In this document: piece by piece, positions 63,553-64,000 of the stretch
Layout: the number at the start of each line of letters is the position of its first letter
Position numbering within the stretch: the stretch's first letter is position 1
Assembly: GCA_963820365.1 (NCBI GenBank)
Contig: CAWFZR010000005.1
Coordinates: 6,852-70,851 of the forward strand
From: an uncultured Alphaproteobacteria bacterium
Lineage (GTDB): Bacteria > Pseudomonadota > Alphaproteobacteria > Rhizobiales > Xanthobacteraceae
Direction of reading: 5' to 3'
Length of the DNA stretch: 64,000 nucleotides
Position numbers and translations under genes: made by a program
Notes under the pieces: model-generated
Told to the model about the DNA's origin: nothing
The model's database searches: none
The model's input: the letters and a program-made list of their open reading frames with translations, nothing else

Positions 63553-63720
63553 CTACCGGCATGGGAACTCCGACGTCGGACATGGAACCGCTACACTGGT
63601 GCACATCGGAGTGGTACCCCATTCACCCGCTGCAGCCTCGATCGCTTCGTCTGAAACCGTGTAGGTGAGGATATCTTCGTCGGCCTCGAGGGTGCCAGGA
63701 GTAGTGTTGAGATCGTCCAT
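63553..63720 (-). CDS. Precursor-like small peptide F (55 aa)
   Basis: MDDLNTTPGTLEADEDILTYTVSDEAIEAAAGEWGTTPMCTSVAVPCPTSEFPCR. Intact version of the peptide B type. GAGGGA SD. Confidence 0.65.
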   Translation of the reverse strand: MDDLNTTPGTLEADEDILTYTVSDEAIEAAAGEWGTTPMCTSVAVPCPTSEFPCR

Positions 63721-64000
63721 GGGTTTCCCTCATACAATCCTTTGACAGGCAATCCACTATACGTCCGCCTTGCCCCTAAATCTAGGCGCAACGTGATGAC
63801 CGTTCTGTAGGGCCCTTTATCACACCCGCCGCTAAAGGAGTAAGCAATGCGTCCGAAGCGCGGCGGGGTAATAAGTTAATTGCAATTCGTATTGTGTAGC
63901 AGTTGGGACACACTCGGACTTTTCTTCCAACCCAACCGCCTGGCGTCAAATCTCTACCACCCCAATGTCTATCTCTAAGCGTAAGGTTTGTCGCAGCAGC

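Noticed and set aside
54654-63720. Link between the peptide family and nitrile-hydratase-like leader peptides (NHLP), prompted by the NHase operon in the same window
   Set aside because: The 31-aa leader shows no similarity to the nthA product in this window or to the long NHLP or Nif11 leaders as I remember them. The NHase operon is 20 kb away in unrelated core-like DNA.
63846-63878. 10-codon ORF (MRPKRGGVIS) with an AAAGGAG SD upstream of peptide locus 2
   Set aside because: Too short to support, and on the strand opposite to the peptide genes. Noted only as a possible leader or attenuator element, without evidence.

Overview
High-GC alphaproteobacterial chromosome segment. The REP-like palindromic repeat families and the many paralogous Tat/ABC binding proteins look Bradyrhizobiaceae-like, but that is inference only. 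Bases 1-50.8 kb are ordinary metabolic and transport DNA. They hold an MBL hydrolase, a VapBC module, an MFS transporter with an IS5-family insertion at its stop codon, and decaying ABC binding-protein paralogs. Next come a rhodanese/YeeE sulfur operon, two molybdo-hydroxylase clusters (IorAB-like and CoxSML-like), amidohydrolases, an acyl-CoA dehydrogenase, an SDR, a TctC protein and a Liv-type ABC system. Further on are a D-aminoacylase, a TRAP QM pair without a binding protein, and a cobalt-type nitrile hydratase operon (nthA, nthB, accessory protein). That operon sits next to a NicO/DUF1007 metal-transporter pair. The stretch ends with a gamma-glutamyltransferase, an M3 peptidase, an oxalate-decarboxylase-like bicupin, a degenerate IS701-family element and a decayed NitT/TauT-type ABC system. 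At least five families of REP-like repeats are scattered through it, including a truncated RAYT gene flanked by inverted REPs and a five-copy 140-bp tandem array inside the nitrile hydratase operon. Bases ~50.8-64 kb are visibly more AT-rich and form a decayed mobile-element island. It contains three IS630 remnants, an ISNCY-like remnant, an IS3 remnant, an IS256 element, two group II intron fragments and a FimB/E-like tyrosine recombinase. The most unusual content is in this island. Six copies of a small gene, all under 60 aa and absent from the ORF track, lie in two loci (54.6-56.9 kb and 63.3-63.7 kb, minus strand). They share a near-identical acidic ~31-aa N-terminal part and have completely different Cys/Ser/Thr-rich C-terminal parts. 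This is the architecture of a RiPP or bacteriocin precursor family, and I cannot assign the leader to a named family. No maturase or exporter is visible in the window. Many genes across the whole window carry single-nucleotide frame disruptions, often at homopolymers, so indel sequencing error must be excluded before calling them pseudogenes. No rRNA, tRNA or CRISPR array was found.
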